Below are positions 39,201-51,664 of a stretch of 64,000 nt of DNA, piece by piece. The translations under genes were made by a program, and so were the position numbers. Position 1 is the first letter of the stretch; every line of letters starts with the position of its first letter. The stretch is from contig OZ024746.1 of NCBI GenBank assembly GCA_964016885.1, positions 38,254,001-38,318,000 on the forward strand, written 5' to 3'. The DNA comes from Eledone cirrhosa. Taxonomy: Eukaryota. Under the pieces are notes generated by a model. It saw only the letters and a program-made list of their open reading frames with translations. It was not told the origin of the DNA and did no database searches.

Positions 39201-40468
39201 GCCTATCTAAGTCATGCACAAAGATCAGGAATTTATGGTCCGTGTAGCTGACTATCTTGAATTGTGGACAGCCTATGCTAGACCTATCTATTTCCCTACA
39301 AAATACTCTATCTAGATATGATCTGGATGACCATATGCTTTTTGTCCAAGTCCACATTGGCACATTCGGGAAATCCAATCGGTACCTCTCAGACAGTTCA
39401 AAACGCCTGAGCAGGTTGGTGAGGCTCTTGCACCCTCCTCCCCTATCCGCTAACCCCACACAGTCCCAGCGTGCATCTATAATCTCGTTCCAGTCGCCCA
39501 CTAACACTAAAGAGCGGGACCTTCCAAAGAAGGTCTCCAGACGCCGGAAGAAATCTGGTCGCCCTGCTCCTGTCGGGGCATAGACGGCCACTAGCCTGAA
39601 AGCTTGCCCGTCTCCGCTGGTCACGTCTAGCACCACCAACTTACCTTCTGGGTCCAGGAAGATGGCCCGTATGGCGAGATCCAAACCTCTCCGAAAAAGC
39701 ACAGCAACTCCTCCTCCCGATCCCGGACGGCTGGGAGATGCGTACACATCGTAGCCGCCGAAGATCGGTGCGAAGGCTCGTGCTTTGGAGATTCTGGTCT
39801 CGCTGATGGCCACTACATCTATGATTAGTGACCTTAGGTCGTTGAGCAGGTAGCCCTGCTTCCATGATGACCCCAAGCCACGCACATTTATGCTGCCTAT
39901 TCTGAGTGAGGTCATGTTGAAATGGAGTAGAAAAGATGGGAAAGACCACTTATCTTACTTCTCGTAGAGGAAGGATGGTTTGTCCATCCGTTTCACTGCT
40001 TTTGACCTCCTCCGGAAGTATGTCCTTATAAATCCTCCTGGAGAGTGTTTGTCGGAAGTCTCCGATGTCTTTGGGGAATTTTTCTTTTAGTGTCGTGTAC
40101 GTTTTCTGTGTGATGCGAGTGATTTGTATGTGTGGAGGTAGTGTGAACTTCTGAGTTGTTGTGTAGTCTTTTTCTGTGATGCTGGTGTTGTGTTGCATGT
40201 AGTGTAATAATTGGTTGTTGTTCAAATTTAATGCTGTGTAGTGTGTATCCAATTCCTCCTGAGTTACCTGGATACCTTTGATAATTATAAAAAGTTTAAA
40301 TTTTGGGCTCAAGGCCCCAATATTTTTGAGTGTCCTTTTCAGAAATCAATGTATGTGCACTTATATACAGTTAACAATAAACATTTTCCATAAATGGCAA
40401 TTTTAAACAACTGAAAATAACAAACCTTTGTGGAGCTCACGATGATACGATTTACTACGTAGGTCGCC
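36248..40468 (-). mobile_element. Tx1 subfamily A copy 2: near-complete ORF2, ORF1 mostly deleted
   Basis: ORF2 pieces 39915-38839 (MTSLRIGSINVRG, GDWN, TDH), 38820-38371 and 38330-36528 (QGCPLS, YADD, CPRC). Bounded by (AAT)n at 36192-36247 and 40469-40492. Confidence 0.93.
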
Positions 40469-40492
40469 AATAATTATAATAATAATAATAAT

Positions 40493-43400
40493 GTTTTCTT
40501 TATTAACCACAAGGGTTTACATAAAGTAGACATTAAGGACAGTACAGGACAACACAGGACGGTACAAATGGGCATTTCTGCGTGTAAAAAAAAACAGAGG
40601 ATGAAATAAAATAACAAAGAAAAATTCCCCAATAGAGGGGAGAGTTCCGAGGGACATTTGTAGAGAAAGCCCATTAAAAGACCACAGTGGACCAGACCAC
40701 CAGGGCAAGTGCCCTCTCCCAGTTTTCCACCTTTAATTTACAGACACATACTCAGAGAAGGCCCATTCATTCGGGCCATACTTGCTTCTCTCACCCATCT
40801 TTCAACAAATTGCTGGGAATAGAGCACTTCCCTCTCTACCCTGATTTTCCTTTACAGATGAAATTTGAAAAAGTTAATCAGGGCATCACCGAAGAGGTAA
40901 GTCCTCGTCTTCAGCCTTTTCAAACGTGTCCACCATACTATCTCTTTCGCCATGGCCATCAGACAGATAAAACCTGCCTACCCTTCCCGGCTAAAGGAAG
41001 AGGGCGGGACAATCCTCACGATGGACTCAGCTGATAGCTGGATCCGTCCTACACGTGACAGCAGGTGTTCGACATAAACCCACAAGTCAGCAATGCTCGG
41101 ACACTGGACGAGTGCGTGCAGGACGGTTTCGTCGCCCTGTGCGCATCTCGGACATGCCCGGCTGACGGCACCTCCATGCCTGTAAAGTTTATCCCAAACT
41201 GGCAAAGCACCGCGGTAGCACTGCCAGGCCAGGGATTTCTGGATGTTGTCCATAGGCCCCGGCCCGAAAGTCCTTCCGAAGAGATTGTCTATTTGATTTT
41301 CGTCAACGCCTAGAGTTTCTCTAAGTACGTCGTCGCTCTTCCCCTCCACTAATCCCCTATAGAACGCCAAGGTGCAGTTTCCACCGATCACATTGCCCGA
41401 TTGGTCGAGGGCTGTGAGCGCCTGAAGACATTCCTGTCTCCAAGCGCTCCCTCTCGGTCTTCGCTTGACCCAGGACTGCAGCTCCGTCAAGGAGACGAGC
41501 TTCGGGAAAAACGTGTCTAGCAAACGGCGACCACACCTGATCACCGTCGAGGAAGAGGTGGAGATCTCGTAGCCTGAGCGCGTGTAGATGACGGACGCGA
41601 TGACGGACGCGATGTACGCGTTAGCCACCTCCGCTCGACCTTTCAGGGATGGCTTCCTCTCGGCCCATTTCTGGGTGAGAGAAGCCACCCTGCTCGTCAC
41701 CTCGTACCAGTTTTTGTCCGTCTGGAGGTCTGAACCGAACCAGACCCCTAGCAATTTAACCGGTCCGTCTGTCTAGCGCCCGACGACGCTGTTGGACGGC
41801 ATGGACCTGCCTCTCCAGGTGCCGAGCTGCAGGCCCACTGACTTTTCCTGGTTGATCATTGCTCCTGTCACCGCTTCGTATTCCCTTAGTGTAGTGCCGA
41901 TCGCCTCGATGTGTTTGGCGTTCGACACCACTACGGTGACATCGTCGGCATATGCTGACACGGATCTTCCGCATCCTAGTTGGCGCGGGATCCCCCTCAA
42001 CGTCTCCAGTTTGTGCAGTAATGGCTCGAGAGTCAATACGTACAATAGGGACGAGAGGGGATATTCTTGGCGGACCGAGCGCATGATGTTGAACGGTTCC
42101 GAAAGGTGACCGTTCACTCTCACTACAGAGCAGTTGTTGCTGTGCATGGCAGCGATCCAGCCTCTGAAGACGGGCCCAAAGCCAGCCGCCCTCAGGACAG
42201 CCTCTAGGTAACGATGGTCGACCCTAACGAAGGCTTTCGACTGATCTAAATTGATCAAAGACCCACCCGTGCCAGGTTCCCTAGCTACCCTCTCTACGAT
42301 GGATCGCATGAGGTGGAGGTTGTCGTGGATGGATCTGTCGGGAATGGCGCATGTCTGTGTCTCTCCCACCAGACCACCAACGACAAGCGCCAACCTCTTT
42401 GCTAGCACCTTGGCCAAAATCTTGAACTCTGTGTTTAGCAGAGTTATGGGCCTAAAATTATCTATGTTATCCCCCTTGTTCGGATCCTTTCTCAGCAGCG
42501 CCACCGCTCCTCGGCTCACAGAGCTGGGAATTCTCCCGTTCTGTTGCCAGTTGCAGTAGACGTCCGCCAAGAGGCCTCCGAACAAGTTTGGCATTTGTAC
42601 GTAAAGTTCATAGGCAGACCATCCAAACCAGGCGATTTACCCCTTGTGCAACTAGTCATTGCATCCCGTACTTCAGCGGTTGTTATCGGCTTTTCGCAAC
42701 ACTCCGCCTCAGTGGCCGAAAGCCGCGGCAGTCCGTCGAGGTAGACACTAAAGTCCATCCCTCAATCCGGCAGGCCACTGCCCCCGAACAGTTGAGCGAA
42801 TTGTCGCTGAAAAGCTTCACACATTTGCCCGGGATCGAGACGCATGCGCCCGTCGTTGTCCACCAAAGACCGGATCGTGGCTTTGTTGCCACGACGCGCC
42901 TCCGCCACTCGGGCCCATTGTACGCCTTTCGTCCCCTCGTGTCTGAGAGCACGCACCCTAGCTCTGACAACGCAGACTTCGTGCTTTGCATTGAAGAATT
43001 GGTCAAGGGCCAATTTTGCCGCAAGTACGTCGTTCGTGGAAAATCCTCCACAGGCGTTAGTTTTGGTTGTTGCGTGGTGGATGGTGTAGGCGCTGGTGCT
43101 AGTTCTGAAGCGTTGGGTGGTGGTGGTGTTGGTTTTGCTGGTGGTGGTGGTGGTGTTGGTTTTGCTACTGTTGCTGGGGTTGTTACTGTTATAGTTGCTT
43201 CTGTTGCTGCTGCTACAGTTGTTGCTGCCATCTCTGCTACTGGTGGTGTTGATGGTTGTGTCACTGGGGTGGGTAGGAGAGGTGGCCTCAACCTTTTAGC
43301 CTGAGGGCAGAAAGCCCTTAGGTGGGTTCCTTCACCACAAACGACACACCTAGGTCTTCTGCCCTCGACAATTACCGTGAGGTGGCTGCCGTCAGTGAGG

Positions 43401-44610
43401 TCTATTACCTCTGGGATCTCCTCAATGCTTTTTTGGTCCGCTTGGATCAGGAGCTCCATGCCAGATCCGGACCAGTTCTCCTGCTTTTCTTTTGCTATTG
43501 TTATTATTTTTGTGTTGTCTTCGATGCCGGCGAGGACGGCCGCTATTAGCCAGGGAATTTCGATGGCCGGTGTAACGTGGGTCACCCTGATCTTTACGAG
43601 TCTCTGGCCACAATAGCTTGGGACGAGTGTGAAGTCGTCACTTCTTAATGGGGCCATGGAGTGTTCTCTAGCCTCCTCTGGTGTTTCAAAGAACACGTCC
43701 ACGGTTCCATACTTCTGCCCACTTCTGATGTGGGTTTTTCTTGCCCACACATGTCCCAAAGCTTTTGGGATTTGGGACTCGGATGCTCGTTCCACTCGGC
43801 GCGATTTTACATATATTATTCGATTCGACACTGTGCATAGGCGCCGATGCTCCATTTTATTAGGTGGGGGGTGAGGCTGACCCTGTACCCATCTTTCTTT
43901 ACCATTTGTTTGGCATTTTCTAAATCCTCCTGAGTTACCGTAAATGCTTCGAACTGCTTTGCTACCCTGGCGAAACTGAGGGGGGGGGTTATAATGTTGT
44001 TGTTGTTGTTGTTGCTATCGTTATTTGTGTTAATATTAATTTTTGTTTCAGTTGTGGTGGTGGTGACGTCAGTCGTCTTTGGTGGGGAAGAGTCCATTTT
44101 GCTTGATTTCATTTCGACATCACGAGTTAATTTATTTTTTTCTTCTTTTGTTTCTGTTGTCGCGGTGGTGGTGGGGGTGGTGGTTGTCGCGGTGGTGGTG
44201 GTGGTGGAGGCTTTAACATCTGCAGTCATTGGTAATGGCGGGAAATGAATGTCTGCCTGAGACAAATTTAAAATATTGCTACTGCTTATATTTTTTTTTG
44301 TGTTGGCAAACGTAGTAACATTTACAATGGTGGTGTCGGTGTGAGGTGTTATTTTGTGAGGAAGGCTTTTAGCTGCTTCGTGCAGAGGTGAATTAGCCAT
44401 TTTTTTTTTCAAAGAAATTTTTTGATAATAATAAAAGTTAAAATTTTGGGCGCAAGGCCCCAATCTTTTTGGGTGTCCTTTTCGGAAAACAATGTATGTG
44501 TGCTTATAAACAGTTAACAATAAAATTTTCCATAAATGGCAATTTTTAACAAACGGAAATAACAAACCTTTGCGGAGCTCACGATGATACGATTTACTAC
44601 GTAGGTCGCC
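40493..44610 (-). mobile_element. Tx1 subfamily A copy 3: ORF1 C-terminus and whole endonuclease deleted
   Basis: ORF1 44400-43035 with CVVCGEGTHLRAFC is fused at ~43034 to the ORF2 linker; RT 42594-41773 (YADD); (AAT)n on both sides. Confidence 0.92.
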
Positions 44611-44640
44611 AATAATAATAATAATAATAATAATAATAAT

Positions 44641-44787
44641 TGTTTCTGCATGTGGCACAAGGCCAGCAATTATCCCAGTGTATAACTAATAATAATAATT
44701 GTTTCTACTTTTGGCACAAGGCCAGCAATTATTCAGTGCATTACTCGTACTTTATTTCATCGACTCCGTAAGGATGAAAGGCAAATT
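44641..44787 (-). mobile_element. Two tandem 5'-truncated SINE 3' fragments separated by (AAT)n
   Basis: Both begin tgtttct...ggcacaaggccagcaatt on the + strand, matching 56360 onward. Confidence 0.85.
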
Positions 44788-44797
44788 TAATAATAAT

Positions 44798-47700
44798 GCT
44801 TTCTTTATTAACCACAAGGGTTTACACAAAGTAAACATACAGGCCAATACAGGATGGTACAAGAGGGCATTTCTGCGTGGAAAAAATAAAAACAGAGGAT
44901 ATAAACAAAAAAGAAACAATGAAAAATTCCTCACTAGGGGGGAAATTTCCGAGGGCCATCGTGGAGAAAGCCCATTAAAAAATAAACCGTGACCCTGACC
45001 ACTAGGACAAGTGCCCTCTCCCAGTTTTCCACTTCAATTTACAGGCGCATACTCAGAGACGCCATGCATGCCACTCTCACCCGTCTTTCAACAAAATGCT
45101 TGGAAGAGTGTACTTCCATTCTCTACCATGATTTTCCTTTTCAAATGAAATTTGAAAATGTTAATCAAGGTATCACCGAAGAGGTAAGTGTTCGTCTTCA
45201 GCCCCTTCAAACGCGACCACCACACTATCTCTTTCGCCATGGCCACCAGAGAGATAAAAACTGCTTGCCCTTCCCGGCTAAAGGAAGAAGGTGGGGCAAT
45301 CTTCACGATGGACTCAGCTGATAGACGGATCCGTCCTACACGCGACAGCAGGTGGTCGACATAAACACGAATCAGCAATGCTCTGACACTGGACGAGTGC
45401 GTGCAGGAAGGCTTTTCGCAACAGTCCGCTTCAGTGGCCGAGAGCCGCGGAAGTCAGTCGAAGTAGGCACTAAAGTCCATCCCACGATCCGGCCCGCTAC
45501 TGCTCCCGTACAACTGGGCGAAGTGTCGCTGAAACGCTTCACACATTTGCCCAGGATCGAGTAGCATGCGGCCGTCGTGGTCCACCAAAGACCGGGTCGT
45601 GGCTTTGTCGCCACGACGGGCCTCCGCCATTCGGGCCCATTGAACAGCTTTCGTCCCCTCGTGTCTGAGAGCACGTACCCCAGCTCTGACAACGCAGCCT
45701 TCGTGCTTTGCATTGAAGAATTGGTCGAGAGTCAATTTCGCCGCAAGCTTCCAGTAGCCGGGTCCCTCTCTATGAAGCCTATCTAAGTCAACCACACAGA
45801 TCACCAATTTGTGGTCCGTGTAGTCGACTATTTTTAATCGTGGACAGCCTATGCTAGACCTATCTATTTTCCCTGCAAAATACCCTATCTAGATATGATC
45901 TGGATAACCCGATGCGGTTTGTCGATGTCCACATTGACACATTCCGGACTTCCAGACGGTACCTATGAGACAGTTAAAACAGTCTGAGCAGGTTTGCGAG
46001 GCTTTTACACCCTCCTCCCCTATCCGCTAATCCCACACAGTCCCGGCGTGCATCTAAGATCCCGTTCCAGTGGCCCACTAACACTAAAGAGCGGGACCTT
46101 CCAAGAACTGTCTCCAAACGCCCGAAGAAATCAGGCCGCTCTGCTCCTGTCGGGGCATAGACGGCCACTAGCCTGAAAGCTTGCCCGTCTCCGCTGGTCA
46201 CGTCAAGCACCACCAACTTACCTTCTGGGTCCAGGAAGATGGCCGGTATGGCGAGATCCAAGCCTCTACGAAAAAGCACAGCAACTCCTCCTCCCGATCC
46301 TGGACGGCTGGGAGATGCGTATACATCGTAGACGCCTCAGTAATTCTGGTTTCGCTGATGGCCACCACATGTATGCTTAGTGACCTGAGGTCGTTGAGCA
46401 GGTGGCCCTGCTTCCATGACGACCCTAGACCACGCGCATTTATGCTGCCTATTCTGAGTAAGGTCATGTTGAAAAGGGGTGGAAAAAGATGGGAAAGACC
46501 ACTTGCCTCACTTTTTGTGGAGGAAAGATTGTTTTTCCGCCCTTCTCACTGTTTGTGCCCCCCTGGAAGGATGTCCTTATAAATCCTCCTGGAGAGTGTT
46601 TGTCGGAAGTCTCCGCTGTCCTTGGGGAATTTTAAATTTAGTGTCGTGTACGTTTTCTGTGTGATGCGAGTGATTTGCATGTGAGGGGTGGTGTGATTTT
46701 TTGGGGTGTTTTATAGTCTTTTTCTGTGATGCTGGTGTTGTCTTGGATGTAGTGTAATAATTGGTTTTTGTTCAAATTTAATGCTGTGTAGTGTGTATCG
46801 TTTTGGTTGCTTTGTTTTGTTTGCGTTTGTTGTGGGTTTGTGTCTGTTTCGCTTGTTGGTGATTTTTGTGGTGTTGGTGATTGTGGTGTTGGGGTTAATG
46901 ATGGTGATGGTGTTGGTGTTTGTGGTGATGGGGCTGGTGATGCTGGTATGGGTGGTGACATACCTGTCTTAACTTTTTTGTTAGTTTATTTGTTTGTTTT
47001 ACCCTGCATTTTGATTTTGGATGGCAAAGGAAATTGATTTTTTTCTTTAGTGGTTTCTTTTTATTTCTATTTTCCAGATACAGTTTTCCACTCATCCTCG
47101 TCGTCACAATCTATCTCCAGTTGCGATAGGTCGGGGAGTGAAAAATCCTCCACAGGCTTTGTTTTGGTTGTGGCGCGGTGGATGCTGGAGGCGCTGGTGC
47201 TAATTCTGGCGTTGTGGGTGGCGGTGGTGTTGGTTTTGCTACTGTTGCTGCTACAGTTGTTGGGGTTGTTGCTGCTACAGTTGCTTATTTTATTGCTGCT
47301 ACAGTTGTTGCTGCTATTTCTGGTGCTGGTTTTGATGGTTAAGTCAGTGGGGTGGGCAGGGGAGGTGGCCTCAACTTTTTAGCCTGAGGGCTGAATGCCT
47401 TTAGGTGGGTTCCTTCGCCACAAACGACACACCTATGCCTCTAACCTCAACAATTACGGTGAGGTGGCTGCCGTCATTGAGGTCTATCACCTCTGGAATT
47501 TCCTGTATGTTTTTTGGGTCCGCTTGGATCAGGAGCTCCATTCCACATCCGGACCAGTTTTCCTGCTTTACTTTTATCACCTCAATTACTTTAGTGTCGG
47601 CCTAGATGTCGGCGAGGACGGCAGCCATTAGCCAGGGAATTTCAATGGCCGGCGGAACCTCGGTCACTCTACTCCTTACCAGCTTCTGACCACAATAGAT

Positions 47701-48634
47701 AGGGACGAGTGTGAACTCGTCACTTTTTAATGGGCCCATGGAGTGCTCTCTGACTTCCTGTGGGATTCCAAAGAACACGTCCATATTTTTCCCACGTCTG
47801 ATGTGGCTTTTTGAGCCCACACATGTCCCAAAGCCTTTTGTATCTGGGACTCAGATGCTCGTTCCACTCGGCGCGTTTTAATATTTATCGTCTGATATGA
47901 CACGATGAATAGGCGCCGATGCTCCATGGTATTAGATGGGATGGGGGTGAGGCTGACCCTGTAACCATATTTGTTTACCATTCGCCTGGCTTCATTCAAA
48001 TTCTTCCTGACTTACCTTAACCGTTTCATTTTTGTAACCTCTTTAGCAAACGACACATTTGGTTTTGCGCTGGTGTTGATGTTGTTGTTATTGTTATTTT
48101 TGTTATTATTATTTTTAGTTTCAGTTGTGGTGGTGGTGATATCAGTGGTGTTGGTTGTTCTCTTTGACATTGTGGTGGTGGGGATGGAGGCTTTAACACC
48201 TTTAGACATTGGTAATGGCGGGAAATCCATGTATGTATGTGACAAATCTAAATAATTGCCATTGCTATTACTTATATTTTCAGTGTTGGCATTTTGTTCT
48301 GTTGTCTGTATTTTGGTTGTCACTGTTATTGTTGTAGTGTTCTCAGTGTTGTTGTCATTGTTCACATTGTTTGTGGTGGTGTTTGTTGTATGAGTTTCTG
48401 CAACCCTCCTCTCAACTTCTACGTCGTTGTCACACGACAGCAAACATTTTGCTGAGGCGCCTGGCTCAGCCGGATTTTTATTTTTATTTTTAAAAGTAAA
48501 ATGTTCAAATATTATACTTTCCCTTTCACAGGGCAAAGTCCAAGGGATTATATCCCTTACACAAGAAGAAGAATTAAACAATAAATAATTATAACAGGTA
48601 AATAAAGCGACTTACTGGGAGCGAGCAAAAAGAC
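44798..48634 (-). mobile_element. Tx1 subfamily F (A-related), entire RT domain deleted
   Basis: Degenerate ORF1 (48400-46500); endonuclease from 46467 (MTLLRIGSINARG); junction at ~45408 joins the pre-RT region to the C-terminal zinc finger; AATAAA then (ATT)n. Confidence 0.88.
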
Positions 48635-48777
48635 GTTTCTACATTTTGCACAAGGCCAGCAATTATCCCAGTGTATAACTGGTGCTTTATTTTATCGACC
48701 CCGTAAGGATGAAAGGCAAAGTTAACCTCGGCGGGATTTGAGGTTAACTTTGCCTTTCATCCTTACAGGGTCGATAA
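48635..48777 (-). mobile_element. SINE fragment with inverted duplication
   Basis: Matches the 56360 SINE up to the B-box, then folds back (arms 48692-48729 and 48740-48777). Confidence 0.85.
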
Positions 48778-48798
48778 TAATAATAATAATAGTAATAA

Positions 48799-50830
48799 TA
48801 TGGAAACTGTTGACGAGCATTGTGTCTGAGGAAATCTACCATCACCTCCACACAAACAACTTGTTGCCGGACGAACAGAAAGGATGCCGAAAGAAGTCAC
48901 GTGGTACAAAGGACCAGTTGCTTATTGATAAGATGGTAATGGGGAATTGCAGGAGGAGACACACTGATCTTGCCATGGGATGGATAGACTACAGAAAGGC
49001 ATTTGACATGGTGCCTCATTCCTGGATCACCAAAAGCCTGGAGATCTTCAGGGTGGCAGATAACATCAGACAGTTGCTGGGCAGGAGTATGGGGTCCTGG
49101 GAGACAGAGTTCACATCAACTGGAGTATCCTTGGGAAGCGTGAAGATCAAGAGAGGTATCTTCCAGGGAGATAGCCTGTCCCCTCTGTTGTTTGTCCTTG
49201 CCCTGATGCCCTTGACCATTATGCTGCGAAAAGTGAGAGCAGGATACAAGTTGGGAAGGGGAGAGCTTACCATCAATCACCTCCTCTTCATGGACGATCT
49301 TAAGCTCTTCGGGAAAAGTGAGAAGGAGTTGGATGTGCTTGTTGACACTGTCCGTATTTTCAGCAGTGATATATGTATGCAGTTTGGTATTGGTAAATGT
49401 GGAGTCATTGTGATGAGGAGGGGTAGGTTGAGCAGAAGTAACGGGATCCAGATACCAACAGGTGAGATGATAAAGGAAATTGACTCTGAGGAAGGATACA
49501 AGTATTTGGGCGTTCTGGAGGCTGATGGCATAAAGAACAAAAAAATGAAGGAATTGTTAAGAACTGAATACATTCGGAGAGTAAGGAGCGTATTGAAGTC
49601 ACATCTGAACAGCAGAAATGCCATAAGCGCAGTAAATTCCCGAGCTGTGTCTATTATTAGGTACAGTGCGGGAATTCTGAGATAGAATGTTGCTGAACAA
49701 AAAGAAATGGATAGGAAGACTAGGAAGCTATTGACTATCTACAACATGTTCCACAAGAGGAGTGATGTCGATAGACTCTACCTAAGGAGATCTGAGGGTG
49801 GAAGAGGTCTTATCAGCATAGAGGACTGTGTTCAGATGGAGAAAAACAACCTATACAAATACGTGACCTATAGTAAGGAGCTCAGAGCTGTACTGAAGGA
49901 GGGGACAGTAGGCCAGGGGATATCCAAGGAGGAAATAACATCAAGGAGGAAGAGCAGCCTTAAGGGAAAACCCCTTCATAGTACCTTCTTTGAGAAAACT
50001 GAATTTAGAGATCCACAGACATGGAACTGGTTGAGAAGAGGAGACCTCAAAAAGGCTACAGAAGGAATGCTAATGGCTGCGCAGGAGCAGGCCCTCAAAA
50101 CGAAGTGGTTGAAGCACCATATCTACAAGGAGGAGGCTAGCCCACTGTGCAGGATCTGTGGAGAGAGAGAGGAGACTGTGGCTCACATTGTGTCCGAGTG
50201 TAAACACCTAGCCCAGACCCACTATAAGGGCTGGAGACACGATGTGATGGGCAGGGTGATCCACTGGCACCTGTGCAAAGTAAACAATCTACCACATTCT
50301 GAGAAATGGTATGAGCATAGGCCAGAGGCGGTGATGGAGAACAGTCAGGTGAAGGTGCTGTGGGATTTTAGGATACAGACGGACTAAAAACTGGAACACA
50401 ATAGACCTGACCTGGTGGTTGTGGACAAAGAAAAAAGATCGTGCCTGATTGTGGATGTGGCCTGCCCGTTCGACACGAGAGTGCAAGAGAAGGAGAGGGA
50501 GAAAATTAACCGATACCAGGACCTAAAGTGGGAGGTGAAAAGGATTTGGAACTGCCATGAAGTCAAAGTGATCCCGATTGTCATAGGCGCACTGGGGACT
50601 ATCTCCAAAGGTTTCCAGGGATGGTTAAAGAAAATCGGCCCTTCACGCTTTTTGGAACGCTTCAAAAGGCATGCTTGCTTGGAACGGCAAGAACCCTCCG
50701 ATACGTCCTGAATATCTGAGGCTGCAAGTAGTGGCTTGATATTCAATCCAACGGACTTTCCAGTTAACCAACATCAATGACTGAGATTCAAGGAATAACA
50801 ATAACAAAAATAATAATAATAATAATAATA
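48799..50830 (+). mobile_element. R4/Dong-clade LINE family 1, 5'-truncated
   Basis: RT ([26 protein letters not shown]), CRIC..ETVAHIVSEC, RHD, RPD..DVACP..EK..KY-type endonuclease; a few stops; (AAT)n on both sides. Confidence 0.93.
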
Positions 50831-51660
50831 AGGGAAGAAGACGCACGAGGTGACGGAGGTCATGAAATCGCCCCCGTAAGTTTTGAATTTTTAACATATT
50901 TAAATCATTTGTGAAATAACAACTCTTAGTACAAATGCTACGTAAAGCACCCGGCTTGAGCCCAAAAAAATTCGGTCCCAAAATATATTGTTATAAGGCT
51001 CAAATATTCAAATATTCAACTTTGTATTGTACACTGTATATGCAAAAAAGAAAATGGCTATAAATGGAAGAAGAACCCCCCCCCCCTCCTCCTCTGTCTA
51101 CACTATATAGAACAGCCAAACTCACCAACACCAGAAACTAGATACACCACCCACCCCATCACCTGTGTACACTAAACCACCACCGCTCACTACGGCCATC
51201 ATTACAACCATTATCCCATCACTGCCGCCACCACTCCTTCACTCCTTCACTGCTACCACCGCTACAGCACCATCACTACAGTAATACGGTCACATCACCG
51301 CCACCACTGCCTCGGTATCGACATCACCACCACCACTGTCTCAGTATCGCTACCGCCGCCAGTCTCCCACTTCTTTTAGCTGGCTGCTGCCACCACATTA
51401 TAGAATCCCTACTGCTAAAAAAGAGGAAGGCATCAAAATATATAGATAGACTCAAAAGAAAAAAGAAAAAACAAACAACAAAACCAAAGCAGCACAGCAA
51501 CAACAGCAAAAAACGAGAAAAAAAAAAAAAAAAAAAAAAACCAAAAACGTAAAGAAAATAAGAATGAAGAGAGAAGCAGGCGGACGGACAGAGAAGAGGG
51601 GGGAAAAACTAAAACTTAAAAAACAAAAACTAAGTCAGACATTCGAACACTACATTACAA
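50831..51660 (+). mobile_element. Possible 5'UTR/ORF1 N-terminal fragment of another Tx1-like element
   Basis: ggcttgagcccaaaa motif as in the subfamily A 5'UTR, then ATG and ACC-rich low-complexity sequence. No diagnostic domain. Confidence 0.35.
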
Positions 51661-51664
51661 TGAA

